Of a stretch of 64,000 nt of DNA, positions 53,494 to 62,928 are shown in pieces. Source of the DNA: Terriglobales bacterium (GTDB lineage Bacteria; Acidobacteriota; Terriglobia; Terriglobales; Acidobacteriaceae); contig JBAQJF010000064.1 in NCBI GenBank assembly GCA_049300195.1, positions 710-64,709 on the forward strand, given 5' to 3'. How positions within the stretch are numbered: the stretch's first letter is position 1; every line of letters starts with the position of its first letter. The translations under genes were made by a program, and so were the position numbers. The notes beneath the pieces are model-generated. The model searched no databases, had not been told where the DNA came from, and saw only the letters and a program-made list of their open reading frames with translations.

Positions 53494-55203
53494 CTAAGTC
53501 TTTTTAGACGCCGACAACGGCGCGCGCTCTTTCCAAACCGGAGCCACAAACGTTACCCGCATCATCTGAACACTCCACACCATCACAGGTCCTTGCGGCG
53601 AAGGCACGATGGTCAACTGGGCCACGGGAAACTCCGCTGTCACAAAGTGAGCCTCGCGCACAAAGAGCAGCGTTTTCGCGGCAGGCCGCACCTCTTGATC
53701 GGCCGCGACTCGATCGGCCGCGACGCTAACTTCCACAATCGGGTTAACCGGAATCAACGACTCCGCCACCGGCGCGGGATTCAAACTCGCCGCATGATCA
53801 CGCGTGGCAACATCTCCAAGGTTCGAGTCCGAGCCTTGATTACTAGCCTGGTCACTAAGTTGAGCGACCACGTTCCGCGAGCGCCCCGGCGAAACCCTCC
53901 GCGAAGTCTTGACCGAGTTGGTATTTACAGCTTTGACCACGTACACATCAGATTTCAACCCTGCCGGAATCACCGCCTGCATCGAGCCTCGATAATCCGC
54001 AGTGCGCAAGCTTGCCGATCGAACCAGGCCAGCCGGATACCCTTGCGCCGTCGTGGACGCCGTCCCAGTCTCTCGGTCAAATGCCACGAATTGCGGAGTC
54101 GCCGGCAGCATCACCACGCACAGGGCAGCAAACGTCCCGACCAATCCCAGCGCCGGCTTTGAAATCCCACGCGCCGCCGGGCGATTCTTATCCAGTATCT
54201 GTGCCACACGTTCCGAAGCCTCGCGCGCGCGATGCACAATCGCTTGCGCCATCGTCCACCCGCGTTGCGCGAGACTTCTTTCCAGGAGGGATACCAGACA
54301 ATTGGCATACCCCATCGGGTTGTCAGTTTCGGCAACCACGATGTCGTCACAAGCCATCTCGCGTTCCACCGAAAGCCTGCTCTCAATCCACCACACGGCG
54401 GGATGAAAGAAAAACACCGCGCGCACAACCTTCTGCACTAAATTCGTCCAATCGTCCCAGCGCCGCAGATGCGCGAACTCGTGCCGCAGAATGATGCTCA
54501 ACTCGCTGGCCGGAAGCTCCGCAAGGGCCCACGCAGGCAACACGATCATCGGCGACCAGAGTCCCAGCGCCGCCGGTACGCGCACGCGCTCCGAGGTAGC
54601 GAGCGTAACGTGCCGGGATGTGAACGAGCGCTCACCATTCAAGTTCTGCATCGCCGCGGCAATCTCCTCTGCGACCGCGGGATCCAACCCGCCCGCATTC
54701 ACCGGACTGCAACTCAGCCGCAGCGCGCGCAAATGCCAAAGCCCCGTCGCTAAGCGCGTCATCCCGAGAAACGCAATCGCGAGCCATGCGATAAACAAAT
54801 AGCCCGCCCAATGGCCGGGAAGATGAATCTCGGAAACTCGCGACGAAATCGAACTGAGAAAACTAAAACTGTGAGCAGCCCATCCTGAGGCCGCGTGGGT
54901 GCCCCATTCTAACGTCGCTCTTTTTGCGACGTTAGAGTGGGGAATTTCATACCAACTCCCGCCAACGCATGCCAATCCGACCACAGCGATCAGCGCCACA
55001 AACCAAACCGCGAAGCGTGTGCGCGAATTCTGCTTCGGCAAAATGCGCAAAACCCCCCATGCAAACAGCGCAATCAGCAGTCCTTCCGGAAGCGAGTGAA
55101 TCACCCGCTCAATCGCGATCTGCGCCCAACCCTCGGCGGAATTCAGGCCGAAGGCAAGCAAACCGTAATGCGGAAGTCCAGCCGCGATCTGGGGCACGAT
55201 CAT
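53494..55203 (-). CDS. BlaR1/MecR1-like M56-family membrane metalloprotease (signal transducer), non-PBP C-terminal domain
   Basis: Multi-TM N-terminus, HEFAHLRRWDDWTN (HExxH), and a long C-terminal region with no recognisable penicillin-binding motifs. It overlaps the blaI-like stop by 4 bp. Confidence 0.85.
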   Translation of the reverse strand: MIVPQIAAGLPHYGLLAFGLNSAEGWAQIAIERVIHSLPEGLLIALFAWGVLRILPKQNSRTRFAVWFVALIAVVGLACVGGSWYEIPHSNVAKRATLEWGTHAASGWAAHSFSFLSSISSRVSEIHLPGHWAGYLFIAWLAIAFLGMTRLATGLWHLRALRLSCSPVNAGGLDPAVAEEIAAAMQNLNGERSFTSRHVTLATSERVRVPAALGLWSPMIVLPAWALAELPASELSIILRHEFAHLRRWDDWTNLVQKVVRAVFFFHPAVWWIESRLSVEREMACDDIVVAETDNPMGYANCLVSLLERSLAQRGWTMAQAIVHRAREASERVAQILDKNRPAARGISKPALGLVGTFAALCVVMLPATPQFVAFDRETGTASTTAQGYPAGLVRSASLRTADYRGSMQAVIPAGLKSDVYVVKAVNTNSVKTSRRVSPGRSRNVVAQLSDQASNQGSDSNLGDVATRDHAASLNPAPVAESLIPVNPIVEVSVAADRVAADQEVRPAAKTLLFVREAHFVTAEFPVAQLTIVPSPQGPVMVWSVQMMRVTFVAPVWKERAPLSASKKT

Positions 55204-55598
55204 TTCGCTTCACTCCTATCCAGCGCGTCCCGATCCAACATCTTCCTCAGCCGAGCCAGTTCCTCGCGCTCCATGCCCCGATCTTCCAGAATGTTCAACA
55301 CAAGGTCTTCGTGTGAATTGCCAAAGAAACGGCTAGCCAGCCGCCGAACCTCCGATCGCGTCGCCTCCTGCTGCCGCACCAGCGGAGCGTAGACATGCGC
55401 CCGCCCATCCTTAATATGTTCGAGATACCCCTTGCGCTCCAGAACGCGAATGGTCGTCAGGACCGAATTGTAGGCCAGCGCAGGCTTTTCCTCCATGGAA
55501 TCAAGCACTTGCTGCACTGTTCCCGAGCCCCGCTCCCACAAAACCTTCATCACCCGGAGTTCGGCTTCGGTCAAAATTTCAGACTGTTTCGGCGGCAC
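55200..55598 (-). CDS. BlaI/MecI/CopY-family winged-helix repressor
   Basis: LTEAELRVMKVLWERGSGTVQQVLDSM...LAYNSVLTTIRVLERKGYLEH...GRAHVYAPLV. Confidence 0.9.
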   Translation of the reverse strand: MPPKQSEILTEAELRVMKVLWERGSGTVQQVLDSMEEKPALAYNSVLTTIRVLERKGYLEHIKDGRAHVYAPLVRQQEATRSEVRRLASRFFGNSHEDLVLNILEDRGMEREELARLRKMLDRDALDRSEAK

Positions 55599-55640
55599 TG
55601 CGACCCTCCTATCTTCTTAAGACGCGCCCCACAACAAAAG

Positions 55641-55660
55641 GTAACTAATAATTTAGTTGC
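55641..55660. promoter_or_regulatory. inverted repeat GTAACTAA-TAAT-TTAGTTGC (candidate BlaI-family operator)
   Basis: It lies 43-62 nt upstream of the blaI-like ATG. The 6-bp arms are perfect (8-bp arms with one mismatch). The dyad matches 53439-53456. Confidence 0.55.
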
Positions 55661-55792
55661 AGTCAGCCCCAAAAAAGATGCCCGGTCGGAACCTGTCGAG
55701 AATCGTCAATTCCCGCCTGCCCGCGTAAGCCGCCAATACCTCAAGCGGCCAAAGCACAAGTTAAGCCTCCAGGCGTTGACAATTAGAAAAAA

Positions 55793-55837
55793 GAAATCCG
55801 TGTGCGTCCATGCAAATCCGCGGGAAAGCGAGTTGCC
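55793..55837 (+). repeat. dispersed ~40-nt repeat, copy 1 (AATCCG-rich)
   Basis: GAAATCCGTGTGCGTCCATGCAAATCCGCGGGAAAGCGAGTTGCC compared with copy 2 at 56467. The core is about 80% identical by eye, with an internal ~10-nt (A)TCCGNG sub-periodicity. Confidence 0.65.
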
Positions 55838-56316
55838 GTGGCCCCAATCGCCCCTGTCCCAATGGCAATAGCCCGATTTTGACTGTCACGCTATACTGTC
55901 ACCAGCATTACCTTCCCGTGGCCAACCTGTCCTTCTTCACGCCGCACTTCAACCTCAGCGACGAGGTTAATCGCCACATCATTCAATCGGAAATCGAAGG
56001 CGGCGTTTTCCTGAAAGATCTTCCGCCCGAAACAATTCTCCAGATCCAAACGCAACACCATCTCTATACCGCGGTGCTGGTCGATGACGCCTCCGCCATG
56101 ATCTCGGGCCATCCCGAGTACTGCCCGCAACCCGTTCTCGTTGCGATCGCGGGCTCAACCTGGGGAGGCTCGATGCTAAAGCGCCACTTCGTTGGCCGAG
56201 GTATGCGCCTCGAATTCTCCCATCCGGAATACAAGACTCCGATCGTCACCTCATCCATTCAAGACATCCGCGAACTCTCGACCGCGGCCCGCTTAAGAAA
56301 CCACGCCGCAGTCTAA
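55810..56316 (+). CDS. hypothetical protein
   Basis: ORF with coding-like composition from about 55918 on (an in-frame GTG gives [17 protein letters not shown]...). The annotated ATG at 55810 lies inside the repeat copy, so the true start is uncertain. No domain recognised. Confidence 0.4.
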   Translation: MQIRGKASCRGPNRPCPNGNSPILTVTLYCHQHYLPVANLSFFTPHFNLSDEVNRHIIQSEIEGGVFLKDLPPETILQIQTQHHLYTAVLVDDASAMISGHPEYCPQPVLVAIAGSTWGGSMLKRHFVGRGMRLEFSHPEYKTPIVTSSIQDIRELSTAARLRNHAAV

Positions 56317-56466
56317 AGCGCGCGCGAGCCGCGCTTCACACCGTTCGAAATTATTGGATTGATAATTGTCCGCGCGACCAGAAATGGTCGGCGTATTTCA
56401 CGACTCGCGAAAAGTGGGTTCAGGGTAGACGTTGCCTCGGTAAGGGGGGCTATAAGAAAAGTGAAA

Positions 56467-56510
56467 TGAATCCGCGTGCATCCGTGTAAATCCGCGGAGA
56501 AGAAGTTGAC
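56467..56510 (+). repeat. dispersed ~40-nt repeat, copy 2
   Basis: TGAATCCGCGTGCATCCGTGTAAATCCGCGGAGAAGAAGTTGAC, in the same orientation as copy 1. Confidence 0.65.
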
Positions 56511-56521
56511 TTTCAGTGGAA

Positions 56522-57847
56522 CTACTTCGATCTCTCCGCCACCGTCCCCGCGGTCGCCAACCGCTCCATCTCCTTAGCCTGCGCTTCGGACATCCGCAGT
56601 ACCCCGCCGACCACCACACTCAACTCGCCCTCACGCGGGCTTGCAAATCTCACGCTCCGCGCGCTGACCGCATCCCCGCCCACAGGCACAATGTTTTTTA
56701 GATTCGCCACCGCCGACGTCACCGCCGCCGACATCTTCTCTTTTAACTCATCCCCCAACGTCCCCGAGTTCAGCAAATCGGTCAAGAATCTTTCCGCCTC
56801 AACCTGCTCGATCTGGGACGAAATCTGCACTCGCCCATCCGGCCCCATTCTCGCCGTGAGCCTCATATCGATCGTCGCGTTCCCCTCGGTCATCTCGCGA
56901 TTTCCGCCATAACCCGGACTGCACAACCACCGCTCATAATGCAGCCGCACCAGCGCGCTGCCGGTCGGAATTTCCGGCGAAAGGTCAGCCTCCTTCACCC
57001 GAATCCGCTCCCCACACTGATCCTCTTTATTCATCGTCGCGCGCAGGATCGCGCCAAAGTTTGCCTGGAGGTCCGCCAGATCGGTAGTCGCCTCGACCTT
57101 GTACACGCCCTCCGCTCCGGGAGCCGCTCTCTCCGACACTCGCGTAATCACCCCCGAAGTTGTGATCGCCACCGCCTGTCCGGCAATCGTGCGCGACGAT
57201 TTCCGCACCGGAATATTGAACGCCACCTGCGGCGAGCCCTCGGAAACTACAATCCCCATCTCGACCGCGAGATCATCTTGCGCGCTTCGGAAATTCCCCA
57301 TCGCCTTTCGTATTCCGTCCGCGCCACCAGCGATCCGCCCCGCTTCATATGGCGCGTCAAGCAACTTCTCCTGCTCACCCAGTTCCGACTCCGCCTTCAC
57401 CAGCTTCGCGACCGTTTCCCTGAGCCCAGCCTTCTGCGCTACAGAAAATTCGTTCACAAACCTGCCAGTTCCGGTTCGCGCAACATCCACCGCTTGCCGA
57501 ACCGCAACCGCCCGCGCGGACCACTCATCGCCGCTCTTCGCCGGCGCGTTGGAATCCAAGCCGTTTACCAGCTCCTCTAACCCACGTCGTGCCGCCTCCG
57601 TCTTCCTCACAACTTCCCGAAACTCCGCGATCTGTCCGCTCGTAGCCTGCACGGCCAGCGCTCGATGAAACCCTTGCAAATCGTCCTTCTCGTCGACGCC
57701 GGTCGGCGCGCCTACGCCCGCAACTGGCGCGCCACCTCCCAGCCCTGCCCCGCCACGTTGCGCGAACACCGTGCCCGCCGACAACAGCAGCCCAGCGCCC
57801 GCCAGAGCGCTGACAATAAACGAGCCGCCTAACCGCGCCCATCTCAT
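56522..57847 (-). CDS. exported hypothetical protein
   Basis: Start taken at MRWARLGGSFIVSALAGAGLLLSAGTVFAQ (signal peptide); the track ORF begins at 57883. A helical N-half and a beta-rich C-half. No domain recognised. Confidence 0.6.
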   Translation of the reverse strand: MRWARLGGSFIVSALAGAGLLLSAGTVFAQRGGAGLGGGAPVAGVGAPTGVDEKDDLQGFHRALAVQATSGQIAEFREVVRKTEAARRGLEELVNGLDSNAPAKSGDEWSARAVAVRQAVDVARTGTGRFVNEFSVAQKAGLRETVAKLVKAESELGEQEKLLDAPYEAGRIAGGADGIRKAMGNFRSAQDDLAVEMGIVVSEGSPQVAFNIPVRKSSRTIAGQAVAITTSGVITRVSERAAPGAEGVYKVEATTDLADLQANFGAILRATMNKEDQCGERIRVKEADLSPEIPTGSALVRLHYERWLCSPGYGGNREMTEGNATIDMRLTARMGPDGRVQISSQIEQVEAERFLTDLLNSGTLGDELKEKMSAAVTSAVANLKNIVPVGGDAVSARSVRFASPREGELSVVVGGVLRMSEAQAKEMERLATAGTVAERSK

Positions 57848-58078
57848 CGAAACCATAACTCCACCGCGAAACAGGCCACCCAAAGTGGCGAAAATGAGTC
57901 CACCGCGTTACCCAAAATGTCAGGGGACTTGCTATGAGTATAGCCCGCTTCGCATGCCTGCTGAACGTCGCCCAATCCTACTTCCTGCGCCTCCCTGATT
58001 TTCCCTACATCGGTGGTGGTATCGCCAATGCCCGTCATTTCTGCCATCTTGAATGTGCCGCCCGTCCGCAATAGCCCT

Positions 58079-58276
58079 ATGCCACCCGCTCGACGCATTG
58101 AAGATCGTATTCGTGAACTGTGCGCTCGCCTAAAGTGCGCTCCCGACCGCGAACTCGCCCAGATTCTCTCCGAGCTGACAGCGGCCACGCACGAATACAC
58201 ACGCCGCACCGAAAACAGGATCTCCGCCACCATTCTCACCTGGCGCACCGTCCTGCCAGAACGCCGCAAAGCCTGA
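58079..58276 (+). CDS. 65-aa small helical protein, distant relative of the 'DWRELC' proteins
   Basis: Internal ATG. MPPARRIEDRIRELCARLKCAPDRELAQILSELTAATHEY shares (W/I)RELC...(E/D)(K/E)L....L..E(L/I) spacing with the proteins at 2106 and 16878. Confidence 0.45.
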   Translation: MPPARRIEDRIRELCARLKCAPDRELAQILSELTAATHEYTRRTENRISATILTWRTVLPERRKA

Positions 58277-58322
58277 GCGAAGTCAAGCGCCGGCTGCTAG
58301 AAGACGAGCTTTCTTGTTTGCC

Positions 58323-58399
58323 GGTGACCGGTGACCGGTGACCAATGACCGGTGACCGGTGACCGATGACCGGTGACCGATGATTTGTGACCGGTGATC
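58323..58399. repeat. tandem heptamer array, 11 x GGTGACC-like
   Basis: GGTGACC GGTGACC GGTGACC AATGACC GGTGACC GGTGACC GATGACC GGTGACC GATGATT TGTGACC GGTGATC. It starts 46 nt after the stop at 58276. Confidence 0.95.
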
Positions 58400-58674
58400 G
58401 TGTCCTCCGAACTTTACGTAACTCTACTTGCTTTTCCGTCCCCAAAAAGCGGACAATTCCCGATCAATTGCACAGACGCAGTCCCAATTGAAGTCTGAGG
58501 GGCCCTTACTTCTCCGCTTCGCCCTGACAGCAGTGCTTGGTTCCGGCGCGTACGGCAGCCCATCATCAACATCAGGAGGGAGCGTTTCCAGCGAGCGTTG
58601 ACAGATCTGATTTCAGGTTGTCTTGACGAAAGATAATGTGCAATATTTGTGCCCAACTTTTTGAGTGAGGCCCC

Positions 58675-61600
58675 ATGAAACCCAGCTCCTTCCCCCGCAT
58701 TGGTCTATCTTTCACGATTTGCATCGTGCTCTCTGTGGTCTTTCTGGGCGTGAATCAAGCCGCCGGGCAGCAAGCCACTGCCCAAATCACAGGCACCATC
58801 CAGGACGCATCGCATGCCATGGTGGTCGGCGCTAAGGTGACGCTGAAGAACTCCGACACCAACATCGCCCGGACCACAACCTCCAACAAAGATGGGAGTT
58901 ACCTGTTCACGCTGATCCCCATCGGTACCTATGAACTATCGGTGGAGCAGCCCGGATTCAAGACCTACGTGCGCAAAGGCATCACGCTTGAGATTAACCA
59001 GAATGCGCACTTGGATGTCGACCTGAAAGTTGGGACTGAAAGTCAAGTGATCGAGGTCGTGGGCAATGTGACGCAGGTGGACACGACCAGCGCAACTCTC
59101 GGGAAGGTTGAGTCCTCACAACGGATCGACAATCTGCCGCTGGCAGCCCGCGACACCATGCAGTTGGGCCTCCTCCAGGCTGGTGTTTTCGCGCCTGACC
59201 AGGACGATGGCTCGGGCAACCCATTCTCCGTCAGCGGCCAGCGTTCCGAGTCCATGACCTTCCTGATCGACGGCGCCGACAACAACGATTTCCTCGGCAA
59301 CAACATGGTCGTCAACCCCAATCCCGATGCGGTTGATGAGTTCAAAATCATTACCAACAACTATGAAGCGGAATACGGGCGCACCTCCGGCGGCATCGTG
59401 AATCAGGTCATCAAGTCCGGCACCAACGCCATTCACGGCAGTCTGTTCGACTATTTCCGCAACACCTCGCTCGATGCCGCCGACTTTTTCTTGCACCAGG
59501 TCCCTGTCTTTAAATACAACGTCTTTGGCGGAAGCGTCGGCTTCCCCATGAAGAAGGACAAGGCCTTCCTGTTCGCTTCTTATCAGGGAGCGCGACGGCG
59601 CGAGGGACAAAACCCCGGCATTTTGACCGTGCTGACTCCGGCCGAGCGGACGGGCGATTTCACCGACATTTACACGGGAGTCATTGATCCAAACACCGGC
59701 TATGACACCGCCCAACTTTTTAATCCCGTGAACGGCAAGCCCTTCAAGTGCGGCGGAATAGTGTGCAATGTCGAGCCGGTCGATTCCGTGATGCAGAATT
59801 ACATCAATAAATATCTTCCATTGCCGAATGAAGGAATCAATGAGTTTGTGGAAGATCCAGTGGCCAGCCTCCAGGAGGATCAATTCATCTTCCGTTTCGA
59901 TTACAACCTCACAACCAAAGACGCCCTCTCGGCCTTCTACATTTTTGACGACCAGCCGCAGGTTTTTCCTTTTGAAGTTGAGAAGGGCGCCTCCACCGGC
60001 GGGGACGTCCCCGTCGGATCCGGTTTCACCAACGAACAGCGCTTTCAGACCGGATCGCTCGGCTGGACTCGCACCCTCTCTCCTACCATGTTGAACGAGC
60101 TCCGCTTCTCCGCGAATCGCTCTGCCACCTTTGACGCCATTCCCCAGGACACAACGTCGCCTGCGGATCTCGGCTTCCTAACCATCCATCCAGATGATCC
60201 AAAGGGCACAGCGCCTCCGGCCATTAGCGTCGGCAGCGACTTCAACCTGGGCCCGTCGCCTCAGGGACCGACCAAGATTCACGACGTGACTTTTCAGCTC
60301 CAGGACACGTTCTCATGGACGCGCGGAAAACATGCCTTGAAGTTTGGCGCAGATTTTCGCTGGGTCCAGAACAATTTTCACTACGACTATTACAATAACG
60401 GCTCCTTCGATTTCGGCACCTACTACACCAACACCGGAGATGCGCGCGCCGATTTCGTGGGCGGCTACACCGATAATTACTTCCAGTTTTCCAGCGCTGC
60501 CTATGGCATACGCACTCACGATCTTTATTTCTTCGCGCAGGACGCGTGGAAAATTGCGAAAAACCTGAGTCTGGACTACGGACTGCGCTACGAATACAAC
60601 TCGCCCCAGATAGATCCAACCAATCAGATCATTGGCTGGTACCCAGGCCAACAATCGCAGGTATTTCCCGCAGCTCCGCCCAACTTCCTCTTCCCCGGCG
60701 ATCCCGGAACGCCCAACCGCGGGCTTGTCTTCACCGATCGCAACAACTTCGCGCCACGGTTTGGCTTTGCCTGGGATATGCTCGGCAGTAGCAAGCTGGT
60801 GATGCGCGGTGGCATCGGAGTGTTTTATGACATCGAGGATGGCGCGTTAAATCTCCAGTTCGGCGGGCAGCCTCCCTTCGGATACGCCGCCAACAACTAT
60901 CCCTGCTTTGCCAAGGTTGGCCACGGGGCTGATACTGGTTGTCTTGAGCCGGTCAACGGGTCTTACAGTGCCGACCCTTTCCAGACCGCCAACACCGGCT
61001 ACTCCAATCCCTATCCGTTCATCGCTTCAGGGAACTACGGAAAGTTCTTCAATCCCGCAATTCCATTTGCCTACGTTGTGACCCCGCACTTCCGCACGCC
61101 CTATGCTGAAAACTTCAACTTCGGCTTCCAGTACCAGCTCACCAAGGGCACAATGGTCGAGGCCGTCTACGTCGGCAGCTTGAGCCGCAAAGCCATTGCC
61201 GGCACCAACCTCAACTTTCCGACCCTCGATGGCCCCAACGGTCTCCTCGCCCAGTATCAGTACTGGGCTGATAAGCACGAGGGAAACGCCGATCCTTACG
61301 AGAACATCAACGCTGACTGCGCTCGGCCCTTAGCCAATTGTGATGGCTCGCCCGCTTTCCTCGGTAACCCCACCGGCGCCACCCAAATCGTTACCAACCT
61401 GAGTGAGGGCAGCTCCTCCAGCAACGAGTTCCAACTCACGGTCGATCGGCAGATGAGTCACGGCTTGCAGTTCCGCGTCGCTTATACCCTGGCGAAGACC
61501 ATCGACCAGACCTCCGGATTCCGGACCCGGTCTTCCACCTACACCGACCCCCTCGACCCATCTTTTGACCGCGGCTTGGCGGACTTTGACGCCACTCACC

Positions 61601-62292
61601 GCCTCGTCCTGAGCCCGATTTGGCAGATACCCTTCGCCAACCATGGAAATTCGTTAATGAAGACGCTGCTGGGGGGATGGGCGGTTTCCACCATCACCAG
61701 CTTCCAGTCGGGAAACCCGTTTACGATATTTTCGAACAACGGGAGCAGCTTCACAAACTCATTCCTCGAGCGTCCCGACGTCGTCGGCCCGGTCAAGATA
61801 TTCAAGAATCCTCGCCAACTGCGAACATTCAATCCGGACCCGGATCTTCTGCACGGAAGTTGCCTCGGTTCGGGCGAAGGTGGGACGCCCGGCTTCTTCT
61901 TCTTTGATCCCACAAATCTGGTGTGCGCTCCCGGTCCGCCCGTCGGCCAGCCCGTCCCGAAAGTCAAGAATGGCACACAGTTGGTGGCCGGCGGAGTTCC
62001 TATGTTCACTTACGGCAACATGGGCAGAAACGTCTTGCGCGGCCCGGGAATCAATAACTGGGACATCTCCGTGATGAAGAACTTCCGCTTCACGGAAACT
62101 AAGTCTCTGCAATTCCAAACCAATTTTTTCAATGCCTTCAATCACACGCAGTTCTTCAGCCCAACTTCATCCAGCGGGGCGGTCGGATATAGCTCAAATT
62201 TTGGACAGGTCTCGACCGACGCCACGGGATCGTCTTCGCCCTATTACCGCGGTCCGCGCATCATCCAATTGGCTCTCCGCCTAACCTTCTAG
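58675..62292 (+). CDS. TonB-dependent receptor with N-terminal carboxypeptidase-regulatory-like domain
   Basis: Signal peptide. ITGTIQDASHAMVVGAKVTLKNSDTNIARTTTSNKDGSYLFTLIPIGTYEL (CarboxypepD_reg). A plug region, a long beta-barrel, and the terminal ...LALRLTF. Confidence 0.9.
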   Translation: MKPSSFPRIGLSFTICIVLSVVFLGVNQAAGQQATAQITGTIQDASHAMVVGAKVTLKNSDTNIARTTTSNKDGSYLFTLIPIGTYELSVEQPGFKTYVRKGITLEINQNAHLDVDLKVGTESQVIEVVGNVTQVDTTSATLGKVESSQRIDNLPLAARDTMQLGLLQAGVFAPDQDDGSGNPFSVSGQRSESMTFLIDGADNNDFLGNNMVVNPNPDAVDEFKIITNNYEAEYGRTSGGIVNQVIKSGTNAIHGSLFDYFRNTSLDAADFFLHQVPVFKYNVFGGSVGFPMKKDKAFLFASYQGARRREGQNPGILTVLTPAERTGDFTDIYTGVIDPNTGYDTAQLFNPVNGKPFKCGGIVCNVEPVDSVMQNYINKYLPLPNEGINEFVEDPVASLQEDQFIFRFDYNLTTKDALSAFYIFDDQPQVFPFEVEKGASTGGDVPVGSGFTNEQRFQTGSLGWTRTLSPTMLNELRFSANRSATFDAIPQDTTSPADLGFLTIHPDDPKGTAPPAISVGSDFNLGPSPQGPTKIHDVTFQLQDTFSWTRGKHALKFGADFRWVQNNFHYDYYNNGSFDFGTYYTNTGDARADFVGGYTDNYFQFSSAAYGIRTHDLYFFAQDAWKIAKNLSLDYGLRYEYNSPQIDPTNQIIGWYPGQQSQVFPAAPPNFLFPGDPGTPNRGLVFTDRNNFAPRFGFAWDMLGSSKLVMRGGIGVFYDIEDGALNLQFGGQPPFGYAANNYPCFAKVGHGADTGCLEPVNGSYSADPFQTANTGYSNPYPFIASGNYGKFFNPAIPFAYVVTPHFRTPYAENFNFGFQYQLTKGTMVEAVYVGSLSRKAIAGTNLNFPTLDGPNGLLAQYQYWADKHEGNADPYENINADCARPLANCDGSPAFLGNPTGATQIVTNLSEGSSSSNEFQLTVDRQMSHGLQFRVAYTLAKTIDQTSGFRTRSSTYTDPLDPSFDRGLADFDATHRLVLSPIWQIPFANHGNSLMKTLLGGWAVSTITSFQSGNPFTIFSNNGSSFTNSFLERPDVVGPVKIFKNPRQLRTFNPDPDLLHGSCLGSGEGGTPGFFFFDPTNLVCAPGPPVGQPVPKVKNGTQLVAGGVPMFTYGNMGRNVLRGPGINNWDISVMKNFRFTETKSLQFQTNFFNAFNHTQFFSPTSSSGAVGYSSNFGQVSTDATGSSSPYYRGPRIIQLALRLTF

Positions 62293-62352
62293 CCGTGTGG
62301 CGCGGACACTCCTGTCCGCGCTGCCAGCAAAACAAAATGATAGTGAGCAACA

Positions 62353-62383
62353 AAGCCCCGCCAGCAAGGCGGGGCTTCTTTTT
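62353..62383 (+). terminator. rho-independent terminator of the receptor gene
   Basis: AAGCCCCGCC-AGCAA-GGCGGGGCTT followed by CTTTTT. Confidence 0.85.
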
Positions 62384-62400
62384 CTATCTCAAAATTTCAA

Positions 62401-62432
62401 ATTACCCAATTACAAAATTACCAGATTACACA
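62401..62432. repeat. tandem octamer array, 4 x ATTACNNN
   Basis: ATTACCCA ATTACAAA ATTACCAG ATTACACA with an exact 8-nt period. It ends about 10 nt from the stop of the 62442(-) gene. Confidence 0.9.
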
Positions 62433-62441
62433 ATCCTGCTT

Positions 62442-62798
62442 TCACCCAATCTGCTTCGCATCCCGCCGAATGAGCGCAAAGTCCACAAAAAATCCCAGCC
62501 CGACGCTCAACGGAATCACTCCAAAAGCGGCGGCCCTCCAAAAATCCACGTCCCCTCGTCCGAGCAAACCGCAGCACACCATGTAGCCGAGCGAAACCGC
62601 CACCAGCAAAATCCCCCACCGCCGCGACCGCGCCGACTCACTCAACTCCGCTTCCATCGGAACATTCACCCCGCGCGCCAACGCCGCCAACCGCTCATCC
62701 GTCCGCAACCGCCGCACCCGAAAGAACGTATACATCGCCGCCATCGGAATGCCCATAAACAAAACCACCGCCGCAAACCCAATAATGTTTCCGTCCAT
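62442..62798 (-). CDS. hypothetical 4-TM membrane protein
   Basis: MDGNIIGFAAVVLFMGIPMAAMYTFF..., then an amphipathic RRLRTDERLAALARG linker, then two more hydrophobic helices. Confidence 0.6.
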   Translation of the reverse strand: MDGNIIGFAAVVLFMGIPMAAMYTFFRVRRLRTDERLAALARGVNVPMEAELSESARSRRWGILLVAVSLGYMVCCGLLGRGDVDFWRAAAFGVIPLSVGLGFFVDFALIRRDAKQIG

Positions 62799-62928
62799 AA
62801 ACTCCTCCTGTAGAGCGAAATCAGGTAGCGCAATCCGCGCATCGTAGCCTGCCTGAGATACGCAACCCTCACAGGAGAAGTTCCAACCGAAAAAAATGAG
62901 GCGATGGATAGACCCCTGGCCTCTAATT

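Noticed and set aside
58323-58399. Whether the heptamer/octamer arrays could be CRISPR arrays.
   Set aside because: The units are 7-8 nt with no spacers, and no cas genes are nearby. They are simple tandem repeats.
58632-58650. A Fur-box-like sequence GATAATGTGCAATATTTGT about 25 nt upstream of the TonB-dependent receptor start.
   Set aside because: Only about 11 of 19 positions match the GATAATGATAATCATTATC consensus, and the dyad symmetry is poor. It cannot be separated from an AT-rich promoter by eye. It is worth a PWM scan but is not reportable as a site.
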